A stretch of 64,000 nucleotides of DNA from an uncultured Pseudomonadota bacterium (GCA_963847705.1 CAWKBC010000040.1:96001-160000), one strand, 5' to 3'. Shown: positions 19,012 to 29,457, counted from the first letter of the stretch. Notes: generated from the sequence alone by a model not told the origin. Program-made: numbers and translations.

Positions 19012-20958
19012 ATGATCCCCGTGGAGGTCAGCGGTCAGCCGTGTCCTCTCCCGGGAGCGAAGCCGTTCGGGAAGTACTATCTCCTCGATCGGATCGGAGT
19101 GGGAGGGATGGCGGAGGTGTTCCTGGCCGTCGCCTTCGGGCTGCAGGGATTCCAGCGCACGCTGGTGATCAAGCGGATGCTCGCGCACCTCTCGCAGGAC
19201 AGCGCCTTCGTCAAGATGTTCATCGACGAGGCGAAACTCTCCGGCCTCCTCTCCCACCCGAACCTGGTTCAGATCTTCGAGTTCGGTCAGATCGACGAGA
19301 GCTTCTTCATCGCGATGGAGCACGTCCAGGGTGAGACGTTGCTCACCGTGCAAGCCAAGCTCGCCGAGCAGGGGCGCATCGCGCCCGTCGGCGCCAGCCT
19401 GGAGATCATTCGTCAGGTCTGCCTCGGGCTGAACTACGCGCACGGGCTGCAGTCGGCGAGCGGTCAGCCGATCGGCATCGTCCACCGCGACGTCTCGCCG
19501 TCGAACCTCATGCTCTCGTTCCACGGCGGCATGAAGATCCTCGACTTCGGGATCGCCCGCGTCACCGAGGAGCTGCGCGAGACCAAGACCCAGGCCGGCA
19601 CGATGAAGGGGAAGGTCGCGTACATGTCCCCGGAGCAGGTGCGGATGGAGCAGACCGACAACCGGTCGGACATCTTCGCCACCGGCATCGTGCTGCACGA
19701 GATGTTGACCGGACGCCGGCTGTTCAAATCGGCCAACGAGTTCACTGGCGCCAAGAAGGTGCTCGAGGCGGTGGTGCCGCTCCCCTCCTCGTTGAACCCG
19801 GAGGTGCCGGCGTCCGTCGATCCGATCGTCATGCGCGCGCTCGAGCGAAAGCTCGAGGACCGCTACCAGACCGCGGGCGAGATGGCGGAGGATCTGGAGA
19901 AGGCGCTGTTCGAGATGCGGGCCTCGCCGCACGAGCCGCGGAACCTGATCCTCTCGCTGTTTCCCAAGGGCCCCTCGCGCTCGGGCGAGATCCAGCTCCC
20001 CTTCACCCCGTCCCGGGCCTCGGGGCATGAAGGACAGGACGGCCACGGGACCCCCTCGCGCAGCGCCGCACGAGCCTCGCCGAACAAGGTCACCCGGCCG
20101 ATGCCGGAGGGGCCGCTGGAGATCGATCTCGGGGATCTGGCCGCCTCGGGGCCGGTCGTCGCCAGCCGTCGCCGCCGGGGACGGCGCAAGTGGCTGGCGC
20201 TGGGCGCGCTCGGTGGCGCGGTGGTGGCGCTGGTGCTGCTCGCGCAATCTCCTCGGAAAGGCTCGCAGCAGGCGGTGACCGTGTCGCCGGCGGGCGCTCA
20301 ATCGGCGCCGTCGGCCGCTCAACCGGTGCCGGCGCCCGCACCCCCTTCTGAACCGGCGCCGCCCCCGCCCGTCGCCAGGGCCGCCGTCGTGGAGATCTCA
20401 CTCGATTCGAGCCCCCAGGACGCGCAGGTGATCCGCGAAGACTCCGGCGAGGTGGTCGGTCGCACGCCGCTGACCATCACGCTGCCCCAGGGACAAGAGG
20501 TGGTCTCCTTCCGGTTCGAGAAGCCCGGCTTCGCGCCGACGAGCTACAAGGTGATCCCCGATCTCGCCAAGCCGGTGCGCGCGGAGCTCATCGCCCAGCC
20601 GACGCCGGACCCCAGGCGCGCGATCGCTTCGCAGCAGCACCGGCCGGCGCCGCCACACGCCCACGCCCCAGCGCCGCACGAGGCGCGACCGGCCGCCCCG
20701 ATCGAGAGTGCGCCTGCCGCCGACCAGGCGCGCGACTGCCTGCTGTCGATCGCCTCCTTCCCCTGGGCGGATCTGTGGATCGACGGCCGGGACACCGGCC
20801 AGCGGACACCGGTGGTCCATTACCCGGTCTCCTGCGGCAGCCACAAGCTCGCGCTCAAGCGGCACGATCTCAAGCTCGATCGCGCCGAGCAGATCATGGT
20901 CGCCCCCGGCCACGAGCTCAAACAGCACTACGACCTCGGCGACGACTACGCGGAGTGA
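19012..20958 (+). CDS. Membrane Ser/Thr protein kinase with two PEGA-like domains
   Basis: IGVGGMAEVF, VIKR, HRDVSPSN, DFG, GKVAYMSPE; TM helix; GRTPL and PWADLWIDG. Confidence 0.9.
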   Translation: MIPVEVSGQPCPLPGAKPFGKYYLLDRIGVGGMAEVFLAVAFGLQGFQRTLVIKRMLAHLSQDSAFVKMFIDEAKLSGLLSHPNLVQIFEFGQIDESFFIAMEHVQGETLLTVQAKLAEQGRIAPVGASLEIIRQVCLGLNYAHGLQSASGQPIGIVHRDVSPSNLMLSFHGGMKILDFGIARVTEELRETKTQAGTMKGKVAYMSPEQVRMEQTDNRSDIFATGIVLHEMLTGRRLFKSANEFTGAKKVLEAVVPLPSSLNPEVPASVDPIVMRALERKLEDRYQTAGEMAEDLEKALFEMRASPHEPRNLILSLFPKGPSRSGEIQLPFTPSRASGHEGQDGHGTPSRSAARASPNKVTRPMPEGPLEIDLGDLAASGPVVASRRRRGRRKWLALGALGGAVVALVLLAQSPRKGSQQAVTVSPAGAQSAPSAAQPVPAPAPPSEPAPPPPVARAAVVEISLDSSPQDAQVIREDSGEVVGRTPLTITLPQGQEVVSFRFEKPGFAPTSYKVIPDLAKPVRAELIAQPTPDPRRAIASQQHRPAPPHAHAPAPHEARPAAPIESAPAADQARDCLLSIASFPWADLWIDGRDTGQRTPVVHYPVSCGSHKLALKRHDLKLDRAEQIMVAPGHELKQHYDLGDDYAE

Positions 20959-21024
20959 GCTGGGCGCGCCTCGCGCTCTCGGCGCGGCGGCACTGTCAAA
21001 GAGGGCGCTGTCAGAGGCGCGCCG

Positions 21025-22440
21025 TCAGAGCTGGAAGGCGACGCCGACGTTCAGGTCCGCGTTGGCGGTGAAGTGGGGCGCGCCCACCAGCCCGTCGAGC
21101 TCGACGACCAGCCCGACCCCGTCCGAGACGCGATACTGAAAGCCGACCCCGGGGCCGAACAGCCCCAATCCGGCGGCGACCGTATCCATGCAGGCCTCGG
21201 CTCCCGACGAGCCGCAGGTCGGAGGCGACGAAACCTTGGCGACGTGACGGATGTTGCCGACGCCCGCGGCGAGCGAGACGTACGGTTGAAACGCGCTCTC
21301 CGGCTCGACCAGCAACCATGTCGCCTTCAGCAGCCCCGCGAAGGCCCCGGTCGACGACGCGCAGACGTTGTCGCTGCCGCACTCGCCGGGAGCGGGATTG
21401 GGGACGTGATAGGGCGTGGCGCCGGTGACCAGCTGCAGCCGGGCCTGCACCCCGAGGCGCAACCGCGGCGTGACGAAGTAGCCAATCTCTGGCGCCAGCT
21501 GGCCGGCGCGGGTCCAGGCGACCCCCGACGAGGTCACGCTGTTTTGCGTCTCCTCGCCCGTTCCGCTCACGGTGCCGACCCCGGTCCCGCCGAGGAGCGC
21601 GAAGTAGAACCGCCGGGGCGCCCTCGCCGGCTGCGCTGGCTGGACGGTCACGGCCGCCGGCTTGGCCGTCTCCACCAGCGCCACCACCATCGGATCCGCG
21701 GCGGAGCCGCGCCGGACGATCACCGAACCATCGGCGCGCCGCGCCTCGATGAAATAGACCACCTGCTGCCCTGTCGTCGCCGACACCGGGATGGCCGCCT
21801 CGAAGGCGCCCGCCGGCCCCTTCCGCAGGGCCAGGTCCGTGAAGCCGGGGGCGGACGCCGCGCGGTAACGCAGGACGAGCGCGCTCGCGCCCAGATCCTT
21901 GTCGGGCAGGACCGAGATCGGGACCGGCCGGCCGACCTGTCCGAGGTGCACCGGCTCGTGCACGAGCGCCTTTTCCGGGGAGAGCTCGTCGTTGGCGCCG
22001 AGACTGGCGATCGCTTCGTCGAACGCCGCCTGGATCTCCGGATTGGCGAGCCCGGCGCTGAGCCGCACCTCGGGCTGGATCTGGAGCGCCTTGTGGAAGT
22101 ACGTGATGGCCTGGTCGCGCTGCTTGAAGCCACCGAGGGTCACGATCCCCAGCGTGACGAACGTGCGCGCCCGGATCGGATGCAGCGTGAGGCCCGCCCG
22201 CTCCGAAACGTCGAGCGCCTCGTTGAGGAGCTTCACCGCCGTCTCGAACTCCAGATGTTGGTACGCATCGACGGCCTTGCGGTTGAGCAGAGTGATCTTG
22301 CCGACCGTCGCGCTGTCGCGATCTTCCGCCTGAACGGGCCTCGGAAACAGCATGACGGCGAGGGCGCCGGCGATCAGCCAACGCGCACCGCGCGAGACGC
22401 CTCTTACCGACGGCTTGCCGTCATGAGCGCAGGTTCGCAC
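21025..22440 (-). CDS. Exported TPR-like + beta-rich domain + C-terminal outer-membrane beta-barrel protein
   Basis: Signal peptide; helical repeat 'AITYFHKALQIQP'; amphipathic strands ending NVGVAFQL. Confidence 0.6.
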   Translation of the reverse strand: MRTCAHDGKPSVRGVSRGARWLIAGALAVMLFPRPVQAEDRDSATVGKITLLNRKAVDAYQHLEFETAVKLLNEALDVSERAGLTLHPIRARTFVTLGIVTLGGFKQRDQAITYFHKALQIQPEVRLSAGLANPEIQAAFDEAIASLGANDELSPEKALVHEPVHLGQVGRPVPISVLPDKDLGASALVLRYRAASAPGFTDLALRKGPAGAFEAAIPVSATTGQQVVYFIEARRADGSVIVRRGSAADPMVVALVETAKPAAVTVQPAQPARAPRRFYFALLGGTGVGTVSGTGEETQNSVTSSGVAWTRAGQLAPEIGYFVTPRLRLGVQARLQLVTGATPYHVPNPAPGECGSDNVCASSTGAFAGLLKATWLLVEPESAFQPYVSLAAGVGNIRHVAKVSSPPTCGSSGAEACMDTVAAGLGLFGPGVGFQYRVSDGVGLVVELDGLVGAPHFTANADLNVGVAFQL

Positions 22441-22666
22441 GCTTCAACAATAACGCCGAACGGCATGCCAAGGACAGCCCCGAACGGGTGGTCTCCTCGG
22501 TTAAAGCGGCGTCCGTCCTACGCGCTCGCACATGAACCCACGCTTCCCGCAACGCAGGCTGACCGAATTGGCGTCGCCCGCAGGCCCTGTTCGGCCCTGC
22601 TGGCCAACCTGGATTGTTGGTGGTTTGGCGATTTGCCAACAGACCCCGCGGAGCGCGAATGGACAC

Positions 22667-23146
22667 CTATTTAATGGGGACGACGCCCGCGACCAGCTCG
22701 CGCACGATGGGCAGCGCTCTGTTGACGTGCCCCTTCATGTCGATCATCGACGTGAAGACGTGCCGGACGATCCCTCCGCGGTCGATCACGAAGGTGACCC
22801 TGTCGCGCAGGAATCCCAGCCGGCTGCGGATCCCATAGAGATCGTGAACGCTGCCCTGCGGGTCGGCGAGCAAGACGAAGGGGAGCTTGTGGTGTGCAGC
22901 GAAGCGTCCGTGCGAGACACTGTCGTCGCGGCTCACCCCGACCACCTCGGCGCCGGCCGCCGTGAAGTCGTCGTAGGCGTCGCGGAAGGCACAGGACTCC
23001 GCGGTGCAGCCGGGGGTCTCGTCCTTCGGGTAGAAGTAGAGCACCACCGCCTTCTTCGACAGGAGCTCCCCCAGGTGGACGGGCCTCCCCTCGGCGTCGG
23101 GCAAGGTGAAATCAGGGGCGCGGTCACCGATGTTCGGTCTTGGCAT
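22667..23146 (-). CDS. bcp: Peroxiredoxin, BCP/PrxQ family
   Basis: GDRAPDFTL, LYFYPKDETPGCTAESC, RVTFVID. Confidence 0.9.
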   Translation of the reverse strand: MPRPNIGDRAPDFTLPDAEGRPVHLGELLSKKAVVLYFYPKDETPGCTAESCAFRDAYDDFTAAGAEVVGVSRDDSVSHGRFAAHHKLPFVLLADPQGSVHDLYGIRSRLGFLRDRVTFVIDRGGIVRHVFTSMIDMKGHVNRALPIVRELVAGVVPIK

Positions 23147-23254
23147 GCGGTGTCCTCTCGTCGTCAATTGTAGGTCTGCGGGCCGCCGGTGGCGTCGCCT
23201 GGACGGCCTGAGGCTCGGTTCAAGATCCGCGTGAGATGTCACGAGTATAGGGCC

Positions 23255-26200
23255 ATGCGATTCAGGCTCCCTCTCGTCTTTTGTGCACTCCTGGCTTTGG
23301 GTGGTTGTGGCGGTTCGTCGGGCGGCTCAGCCGGCACGGGCGGCTCGACCGGTCCAGGTGGCTCGGCCGGGGTGGGCGCCAAGGGCGGCTCGGGGGGACA
23401 GAACACCGGTGGCGCAGCGGGCGCCACCGCGGGAAATGACGCCGGTGCTGCGGACGGCGGAGGGGTGACCACCTTCGCCGTCGGGGGCACCGTGACGGGC
23501 CTGGCCGGCAGTGGTCTCACCTTGCAAGACGGCGCCGGGAACCAGCTCTCGGTCACCGCCAACGGCGCATTCACCTTCGCCACCAAGCTGGCCGCGGGAA
23601 CGAGCGTGAGCGTGACGGTCGCGCATCAGCCGTCGGCGCCGACCCAGACCTGCCTGGTGTCGGGCGGAACGATCGCCGCCCTGAGCGCGGACCTGACCGG
23701 CGTCTCGGTCGCCTGCACGACGGCCAGCTACACCATCGGCGGGACGGTCGCCGGGCTCACCGGCTCCGGTCTGATCCTGCAGGACAACGCGGGGGACGAC
23801 CTGGCCGTGAGCGCCAGCGGGTCGTTCGTCTTCGCGACGCCCGTCTCGAGTGGAAAGACCTACACCGTCTCCGTCAAGACGCAGCCGGCGGCCCCGGTGC
23901 AAACCTGCCTGGTGTCGGGCGGCTCGGGCACCGTCGGTGCCGCCAACGTGACCAGCGTGTCGATCAACTGCGCCGTCAACAAGTACACCGTCGGGGGAAC
24001 CGTGAGCGGATTGGCGGGCACCGGGTTGGTGTTGCAGAATGAAGCCGGCGACGATCTCTCGCTGACCGGGAACGGCTCCTTCGCGTTCCCGACGTCGGCG
24101 TTGAGCGGCGCCCCCTTCGCCGTCACGGTCAAGACGCAGCCTTCGTCGCCCAAGCAGGTCTGCTCGGTCAGCCAGGGGAACGGCACCGTCGCCTCCAGCA
24201 ACGTCACCTCCGTCATCGTCATCTGCTCGACCGACAGCTACGCGGTCGGCGGCACCGTGACCGGCCTCGTCGGATCGGGACTGGTTCTGCAAGACAACAA
24301 CGGCGACAACCTCTCGGTGTCTGCGGCGGGCACGTTCACCTTCGCCACCCCGGTGGCCGACGGCTCCGTCTACAAGGTGACGGTCCTGACGCCGCCCACC
24401 TCCCCCAGCCAGACCTGCACGGTGACCAACGGCAGCGGCACCATCGCCGCGGCAGCGGTCTCCAACGTGAGCGTCGCCTGCACGACCAACTCGTTCGCGG
24501 TCGGTGGCACGGTGGTCGGTCTGATCGGGACCGGGCTGACGCTTCAAAACGAAGGGGGCGACGACCTGGTCATCAGCGCCAACGGGAACTTCCAGTTCGC
24601 GACCCCAATCCTCAGCGGCGGCGCTTTCTCGGTCGCCATCACCACGCAGCCGAGCGCCCCGGCGCAGAGCTGCTCTGTCTCGGGCGGGACCGGGACCGTG
24701 GGCGCCGCCGCGGTCACCACGGTGACCGTCAACTGCGCCACCGATCAGTTCACGGTGGGCGGCAACGTCACCAACCTGGCCGGCAGCGGGCTCACGCTGT
24801 CGCTGAACGGGGGCGCCTCGACCCTGGTGGTGGGGAACAGCGGATCGTTCTCGTTCCCCAGCACGCTCCCCAGCGGAATGACCTACACCGTGTCGATCGC
24901 CAGCCAACCGACCAGCCCCTCGCAGACCTGCAACGTGACTGCCGGCTCCGGCACGATCGTCAGCTCGAACATCACGTCGGTCGCCGTCGACTGCACCACC
25001 GACATGCACGCCATCGGCGGCACCGTCACCGGCATCATCGGGATGGGGCTCACCCTCGAGGACAACAACGGCGACGATCTGGCGCTCACGGCCGACGGCA
25101 CCTTCGTCTTCCCGACCGACATCGCCAGCGGCCAGGGGTACAGCGTGACGGTGTCCGCGAATCCCACCAACCCCTGGCAGACCTGCGTCGTGTCCAATGG
25201 CTCGGGCGGCGTCACCAGCAGCGACATCACCAGCGTGACGGTCGCCTGCACCACCGACATCTTTCAGGTCGGTGGCAGCATCAGCGGCCTGGCGTCGGCG
25301 GTCACGCTCAACGACGGAACCGACTCCCTGGTCCTGAGCTCGAACGGCGCGTTCGCGTTCCCCACCAGCCTGTCGAGCGGCGGCAGCTATGCCGTCACCG
25401 TCACCAGCCAGCCGACCAACCCGACCCAGACCTGCACGGTCACCAGTGGATCGGGCACGGTGGCCGGGGGCGCGATCGCCGACATCACCGTCTCCTGCAC
25501 GACCAACACCTATGCGGTCGGCGGCATGGCCTCCGGGATTCTCGGGAGCGGCCTCACGCTCCAGGACAACAACGGTGACGATCTCCTGGTGAGCGCCGAC
25601 GGGGTGTTCACCTTCGCGACGCCGGTGCCGAGCGGTGGCAGCTACAAAGTCACGATCAAGACGCAGCCCTCTGCCCCCACCCAGACCTGCACCCTGGGCG
25701 GCGCGACCGGCTCCATCGGGGCCTCCGCGGTCTCCAGCGTGACCGTCAACTGCTCGACCAACTCGTACATCGTCGGCGGCACGGTCACCGGGCTGACCGG
25801 CAGCGGCCTGGTGATCCAGAACAACGGCGGTGGCGATCTCTCCATCTCGGGCTCGGGCACCTTCGCCTTCGCCGCGCCGGTCGCCAGCGGTCAACCCTAT
25901 GCGGTGACCGTCAAGACCTCGCCGACCAATCCCTGGCAGACCTGCACCGTGACCGGCGGCAGTGGCACGGTCACCAACGCCGACATCTCGGCGCAGCTCA
26001 ACTGCACCGCCAACCCCTACCCCGTCTCCGTGGCGGTGACGGGCCTGGCGGGGAGCGGCCTGGTTCTGCAGGACAACGCTGGCGACAACCTGGCGATCAC
26101 CGGCAACAGCACCTTCACCTTCGCCGCGCCGGTCCGCAGCGGATTGACCTACGCCGTGACGGTCCTGTCGCAGCCCACCAACCTTTGGCAGACCTGCACC

Positions 26201-26800
26201 GTCACCGCGCCGGCCGGCACGATCGCCGGCGGCGGGGTCACCCTGGCCGTCAACTGCGTCGACAATCCCTACACCGTCAGCGTCAACGTCTCCGGGTTGA
26301 ACGGCAGCGGGCTCGTGCTGCAAGACAACGGCGGCGACAACCTGGCGGTCGGGGCCAACGGCACCTACACCTTCGCCACCAGCGTGCAGAGCGGCAGCCC
26401 CTACGCCGTCACGGTGGCGACCGCACCCTCCTCGCCGGCCCAGAGCTGCGCGATCACCAACGGCAGCGGAACCATCTCCAGTGGGCCGGTGAACAACGTC
26501 AACATCGTCTGCACCAACATCGTCGTCTGCAGCACCGCCGCAGAAAACGGAACGGCCGCGCTCTCCTGCCCGGTCGGCCAGAAGATCTCGGCGGTCAACT
26601 TCGCCAGCTACGGCACCCCGAACGGGACCTGCGGCTCCTTCACCGTCGACCCGACTTGCAACGCCACGACCAGCACGCCGGACGTCAGCACCGCTTGCCT
26701 GGGCCTGAACAGCTGCAGCATCGGGGCGAACAACGGACAGTTCGGAGACCCCTGCGTCGGGACGGTCAAGAGGCTCTACATCTCGGTGACCTGCCAGTAG
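23255..26800 (+). CDS. Surface lipoprotein with 12 ~85-aa beta-rich repeats and a C-terminal SUEL-type lectin domain
   Basis: Lipobox LGGC; repeats 'Y/F-x-VGGTVxGLxGSGLxLQ..QTC..C'; tip LSCP..FASYG..C..FGDPC..KRL..C. Confidence 0.8.
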   Translation: MRFRLPLVFCALLALGGCGGSSGGSAGTGGSTGPGGSAGVGAKGGSGGQNTGGAAGATAGNDAGAADGGGVTTFAVGGTVTGLAGSGLTLQDGAGNQLSVTANGAFTFATKLAAGTSVSVTVAHQPSAPTQTCLVSGGTIAALSADLTGVSVACTTASYTIGGTVAGLTGSGLILQDNAGDDLAVSASGSFVFATPVSSGKTYTVSVKTQPAAPVQTCLVSGGSGTVGAANVTSVSINCAVNKYTVGGTVSGLAGTGLVLQNEAGDDLSLTGNGSFAFPTSALSGAPFAVTVKTQPSSPKQVCSVSQGNGTVASSNVTSVIVICSTDSYAVGGTVTGLVGSGLVLQDNNGDNLSVSAAGTFTFATPVADGSVYKVTVLTPPTSPSQTCTVTNGSGTIAAAAVSNVSVACTTNSFAVGGTVVGLIGTGLTLQNEGGDDLVISANGNFQFATPILSGGAFSVAITTQPSAPAQSCSVSGGTGTVGAAAVTTVTVNCATDQFTVGGNVTNLAGSGLTLSLNGGASTLVVGNSGSFSFPSTLPSGMTYTVSIASQPTSPSQTCNVTAGSGTIVSSNITSVAVDCTTDMHAIGGTVTGIIGMGLTLEDNNGDDLALTADGTFVFPTDIASGQGYSVTVSANPTNPWQTCVVSNGSGGVTSSDITSVTVACTTDIFQVGGSISGLASAVTLNDGTDSLVLSSNGAFAFPTSLSSGGSYAVTVTSQPTNPTQTCTVTSGSGTVAGGAIADITVSCTTNTYAVGGMASGILGSGLTLQDNNGDDLLVSADGVFTFATPVPSGGSYKVTIKTQPSAPTQTCTLGGATGSIGASAVSSVTVNCSTNSYIVGGTVTGLTGSGLVIQNNGGGDLSISGSGTFAFAAPVASGQPYAVTVKTSPTNPWQTCTVTGGSGTVTNADISAQLNCTANPYPVSVAVTGLAGSGLVLQDNAGDNLAITGNSTFTFAAPVRSGLTYAVTVLSQPTNLWQTCTVTAPAGTIAGGGVTLAVNCVDNPYTVSVNVSGLNGSGLVLQDNGGDNLAVGANGTYTFATSVQSGSPYAVTVATAPSSPAQSCAITNGSGTISSGPVNNVNIVCTNIVVCSTAAENGTAALSCPVGQKISAVNFASYGTPNGTCGSFTVDPTCNATTSTPDVSTACLGLNSCSIGANNGQFGDPCVGTVKRLYISVTCQ

Positions 26801-26849
26801 GCCGCCGGAGCAGACGCCCGGAGCGGCTCCGGGCGTGTAGTCTTGGGGC

Positions 26850-27470
26850 ATGTTCGTGTTGGGAATCGCCGGCGGGACCGGGTCCGGCAAGACCACCGTC
26901 GCCGAGCGACTTGTGGCGGGGCTGGCCGGGAGCCCGCTGGTGGTCATCGATCACGACGCCTACTACCGCGATCGCTCGGCGATGCCTGCCGCCGAGCGGC
27001 TGCTCGTCAACTACGACCACCCGTCCGCGATCGAGACCGAGCTGCTGGTCGCGCAGCTCGCCGATCTGCGCGCCGGTCGGGCGGTCGACATCCCCCAGTA
27101 CGACTTCCGCCAGCACGTGCGCCGCCCCGAGACCCGCCGGGTCGAGCCGGCCCCCGTCGTCATCGTGGAAGGGATCCTGGTGCTGGCGGACGAGCGCCTT
27201 CGTGCCCAGATGGACCTGAAGATCTTCGTCGACACGGACGCTGACATCCGCCTGATGCGCCGGCTGGAGCGCGACATCGAGCAACGCGGCCGCACCTTCG
27301 CCCAGGTGCGCGAACAGTACGACGCGACCGTGCGCCCGATGCACCTGGCGTTCGTGGAGCCGTCCAAGCGGTTCGCGGATCTCATCATCCCTGAAGGGGG
27401 CGACAATCGCCCGGCGCTCGACACGATCATCGGCCACCTCGCCCAGGTGACCGCCGCCGCCGCCAGGTAG
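26850..27470 (+). CDS. udk: Uridine kinase
   Basis: GIAGGTGSGKTT, DAYYRD, NYDHP, VEGIL, RRLERD, FVEPSKRFAD. Confidence 0.95.
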   Translation: MFVLGIAGGTGSGKTTVAERLVAGLAGSPLVVIDHDAYYRDRSAMPAAERLLVNYDHPSAIETELLVAQLADLRAGRAVDIPQYDFRQHVRRPETRRVEPAPVVIVEGILVLADERLRAQMDLKIFVDTDADIRLMRRLERDIEQRGRTFAQVREQYDATVRPMHLAFVEPSKRFADLIIPEGGDNRPALDTIIGHLAQVTAAAAR

Positions 27471-27686
27471 CGCCGACTCGACCGCCCGGTCACGATCCGG
27501 CATTGTGACAACAATCACGCCCCGAAAGATGGGGTAGTACCGCGGAATTACTCATGAAACTGCGATTGGGCCGGGCCCCACCCTTCCACTGAGCGGGATC
27601 GGCCCTTCCTTACAGTTTGGTGACAACGTGCAATTTTTTGGTTTCGGGCGCCGTGACGGCCCTCAAGGATTGTACGTTCCCGCTCC

Positions 27687-28367
27687 ATGATTGAGCCGAC
27701 TGACCGGGAATTCGCCCACGAGCTGAGGACGCTCAAGGATCGCCTCTCGGCGATGGCGGCGCGTGCGGCCGAGCAGATCGCTCTGGCCATGGAGGCTCTG
27801 ACCAGTCAGGACGACGCCCTCGCCCGACAGGTGATCGATGGCGACCAGCTCATCGACACCGACGAGAACGAGATCGACAAGCTCGCGATGCACATCCTGA
27901 TGTCGCGCCACCCGCTGGCGTCCGACCTTCGCTTCGTGACCATGGCCCTCAAGTTCGTGGTCGACGTCGAGCGGATCGGCGACCTGGCGGCCGGCATCGC
28001 CAAGCGCGCGCTGGAGCTCAACCGCCTCTCCAGCCTGGACGGGCGCGTCGATCTCACCCGCCTGGCCACGCTGGTGCAACGAAACCTGCACCTCGCCATC
28101 GAGAGCTTCGTGCACGGGAACCTCGACGAGGCCAAGGTGGTCATCAACGCGGACGCCGAGATCGACCGGCTCAACTCCAGCCTGTTCGCGGAGCTCATCG
28201 CCAACGTCGCCGCCGACCCGGCCACCGTCACCCGGGTTCTGCCCCTCACCTCGGTCAGCCGCTACCTCGAGCGGATCGGGGACCACGTCAAGAACCTGGC
28301 CGAGGAGGTCATCTTCATGGTGTCTGCCACCGACGTGCGGCACCTGGGACGAAGTCCCTCCAACTGA
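27687..28367 (+). CDS. phoU: Phosphate signalling protein PhoU
   Basis: PLASDLR, DVERIGD, LERIGDH..NLAE. Confidence 0.93.
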   Translation: MIEPTDREFAHELRTLKDRLSAMAARAAEQIALAMEALTSQDDALARQVIDGDQLIDTDENEIDKLAMHILMSRHPLASDLRFVTMALKFVVDVERIGDLAAGIAKRALELNRLSSLDGRVDLTRLATLVQRNLHLAIESFVHGNLDEAKVVINADAEIDRLNSSLFAELIANVAADPATVTRVLPLTSVSRYLERIGDHVKNLAEEVIFMVSATDVRHLGRSPSN

Positions 28368-28431
28368 CACCGACGCGATCGCCATCAATTTCACGACGAC
28401 ACCCTCAAACTGACTTCAGGAGACCGCAACG

Positions 28432-29457
28432 ATGATCAAGAAACTGGCTTCTCTCGGCACCCTGCTCGGGCTCAGCTGCGCGACGATCGGTGTCGCCTTC
28501 GGCGGCGGCGTCACCCTGAACGGAAGCGGCTCGACCCTCTCCAAGCCTTATCAGGAGGTGGCCATCGACCAGTTCAAGAAGACGCACAAGGGCGTCACCA
28601 TCAACTACGGTGGAGGCGGCAGCGGCAAGGGGCGGCAGGATCTGGCCGACAGCGTGGTCAACTTCGCCGGATCCGACTCCCCCTTCAAGCCAGATGACGC
28701 GGCCAAGGCCAAGGGCGGAGCGATGCTCTACTTCCCCATTCTCCTGTCCCCGATCGCCGTCATCTACAACGTGGACGGCGTGGACAAGCTGCAGCTCTCC
28801 GCCCCGGTGATCGCCAAGATCTTCCAGCGTGAGATCACCAGGTGGAACGACAAGGCGATCGCCGCCGACAACCCGGGCGCGAAGCTGCCCGACGCCGCGA
28901 TCGTGGTCGCGCACCGCGCCGACGGCTCGGGCACCACCCAGAACTTCACCGAGTTCCTGAACGGCGCGGCCAAGGGGGTCTGGAAGCTGAAGAGCGGCTC
29001 GACCGTCGAGTGGCCGAGCGACACGCAGGCGGGACAGGGGAGCTCCGGCGTCGCCCAGATCGTCAAGTCGACCAAGGGCGCCATCGGCTACGTCGACCTC
29101 TCCGACGCCAAGGCCTCCGCGGTCAAGTACGCCAGCATCAAGAACAAGGCCGGCAAATACATCGAGGCCACCCCGGCCGGCGCCTCGGCCGCGGGCGAGG
29201 GGATCGAGGTCAAGGACAACCTGCTGTTCAGCGCGCTCGACGCCAAGGGCGACAAGGCCTATCCGATCACCGCGCAGACCTGGGTCATCGTTTACGCCAA
29301 GCAGCCGGACCACGCCAAGGGAGAAGCCCTGAAGGCCTATCTCACCTTTCTCGTCAGCGATGGTCAGAGCCTGCTCACCGATATCGACTATGCACCGCTG
29401 CCCCAGGGATTGCGGGACAAGGCGCTCAAGCAGGTCGAGAAGGTCATCCTGCCGTGA
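28432..29457 (+). CDS. pstS: Phosphate ABC transporter substrate-binding protein
   Basis: Signal peptide; GSGST, GSGKG, FAGSD, HRADGSGTT, YPI. Confidence 0.93.
   Translation: MIKKLASLGTLLGLSCATIGVAFGGGVTLNGSGSTLSKPYQEVAIDQFKKTHKGVTINYGGGGSGKGRQDLADSVVNFAGSDSPFKPDDAAKAKGGAMLYFPILLSPIAVIYNVDGVDKLQLSAPVIAKIFQREITRWNDKAIAADNPGAKLPDAAIVVAHRADGSGTTQNFTEFLNGAAKGVWKLKSGSTVEWPSDTQAGQGSSGVAQIVKSTKGAIGYVDLSDAKASAVKYASIKNKAGKYIEATPAGASAAGEGIEVKDNLLFSALDAKGDKAYPITAQTWVIVYAKQPDHAKGEALKAYLTFLVSDGQSLLTDIDYAPLPQGLRDKALKQVEKVILP

Noticed and set aside
23460-26520. Regular ~255-nt repeats as a possible CRISPR or other non-coding array
   Set aside because: They are degenerate protein-coding repeats with no identical repeat/unique spacer structure and no cas genes.
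23327-26947. 1206-aa minus-strand ORF
   Set aside because: Antisense shadow of the repeat lipoprotein with Arg/Gly/Asp-biased composition.
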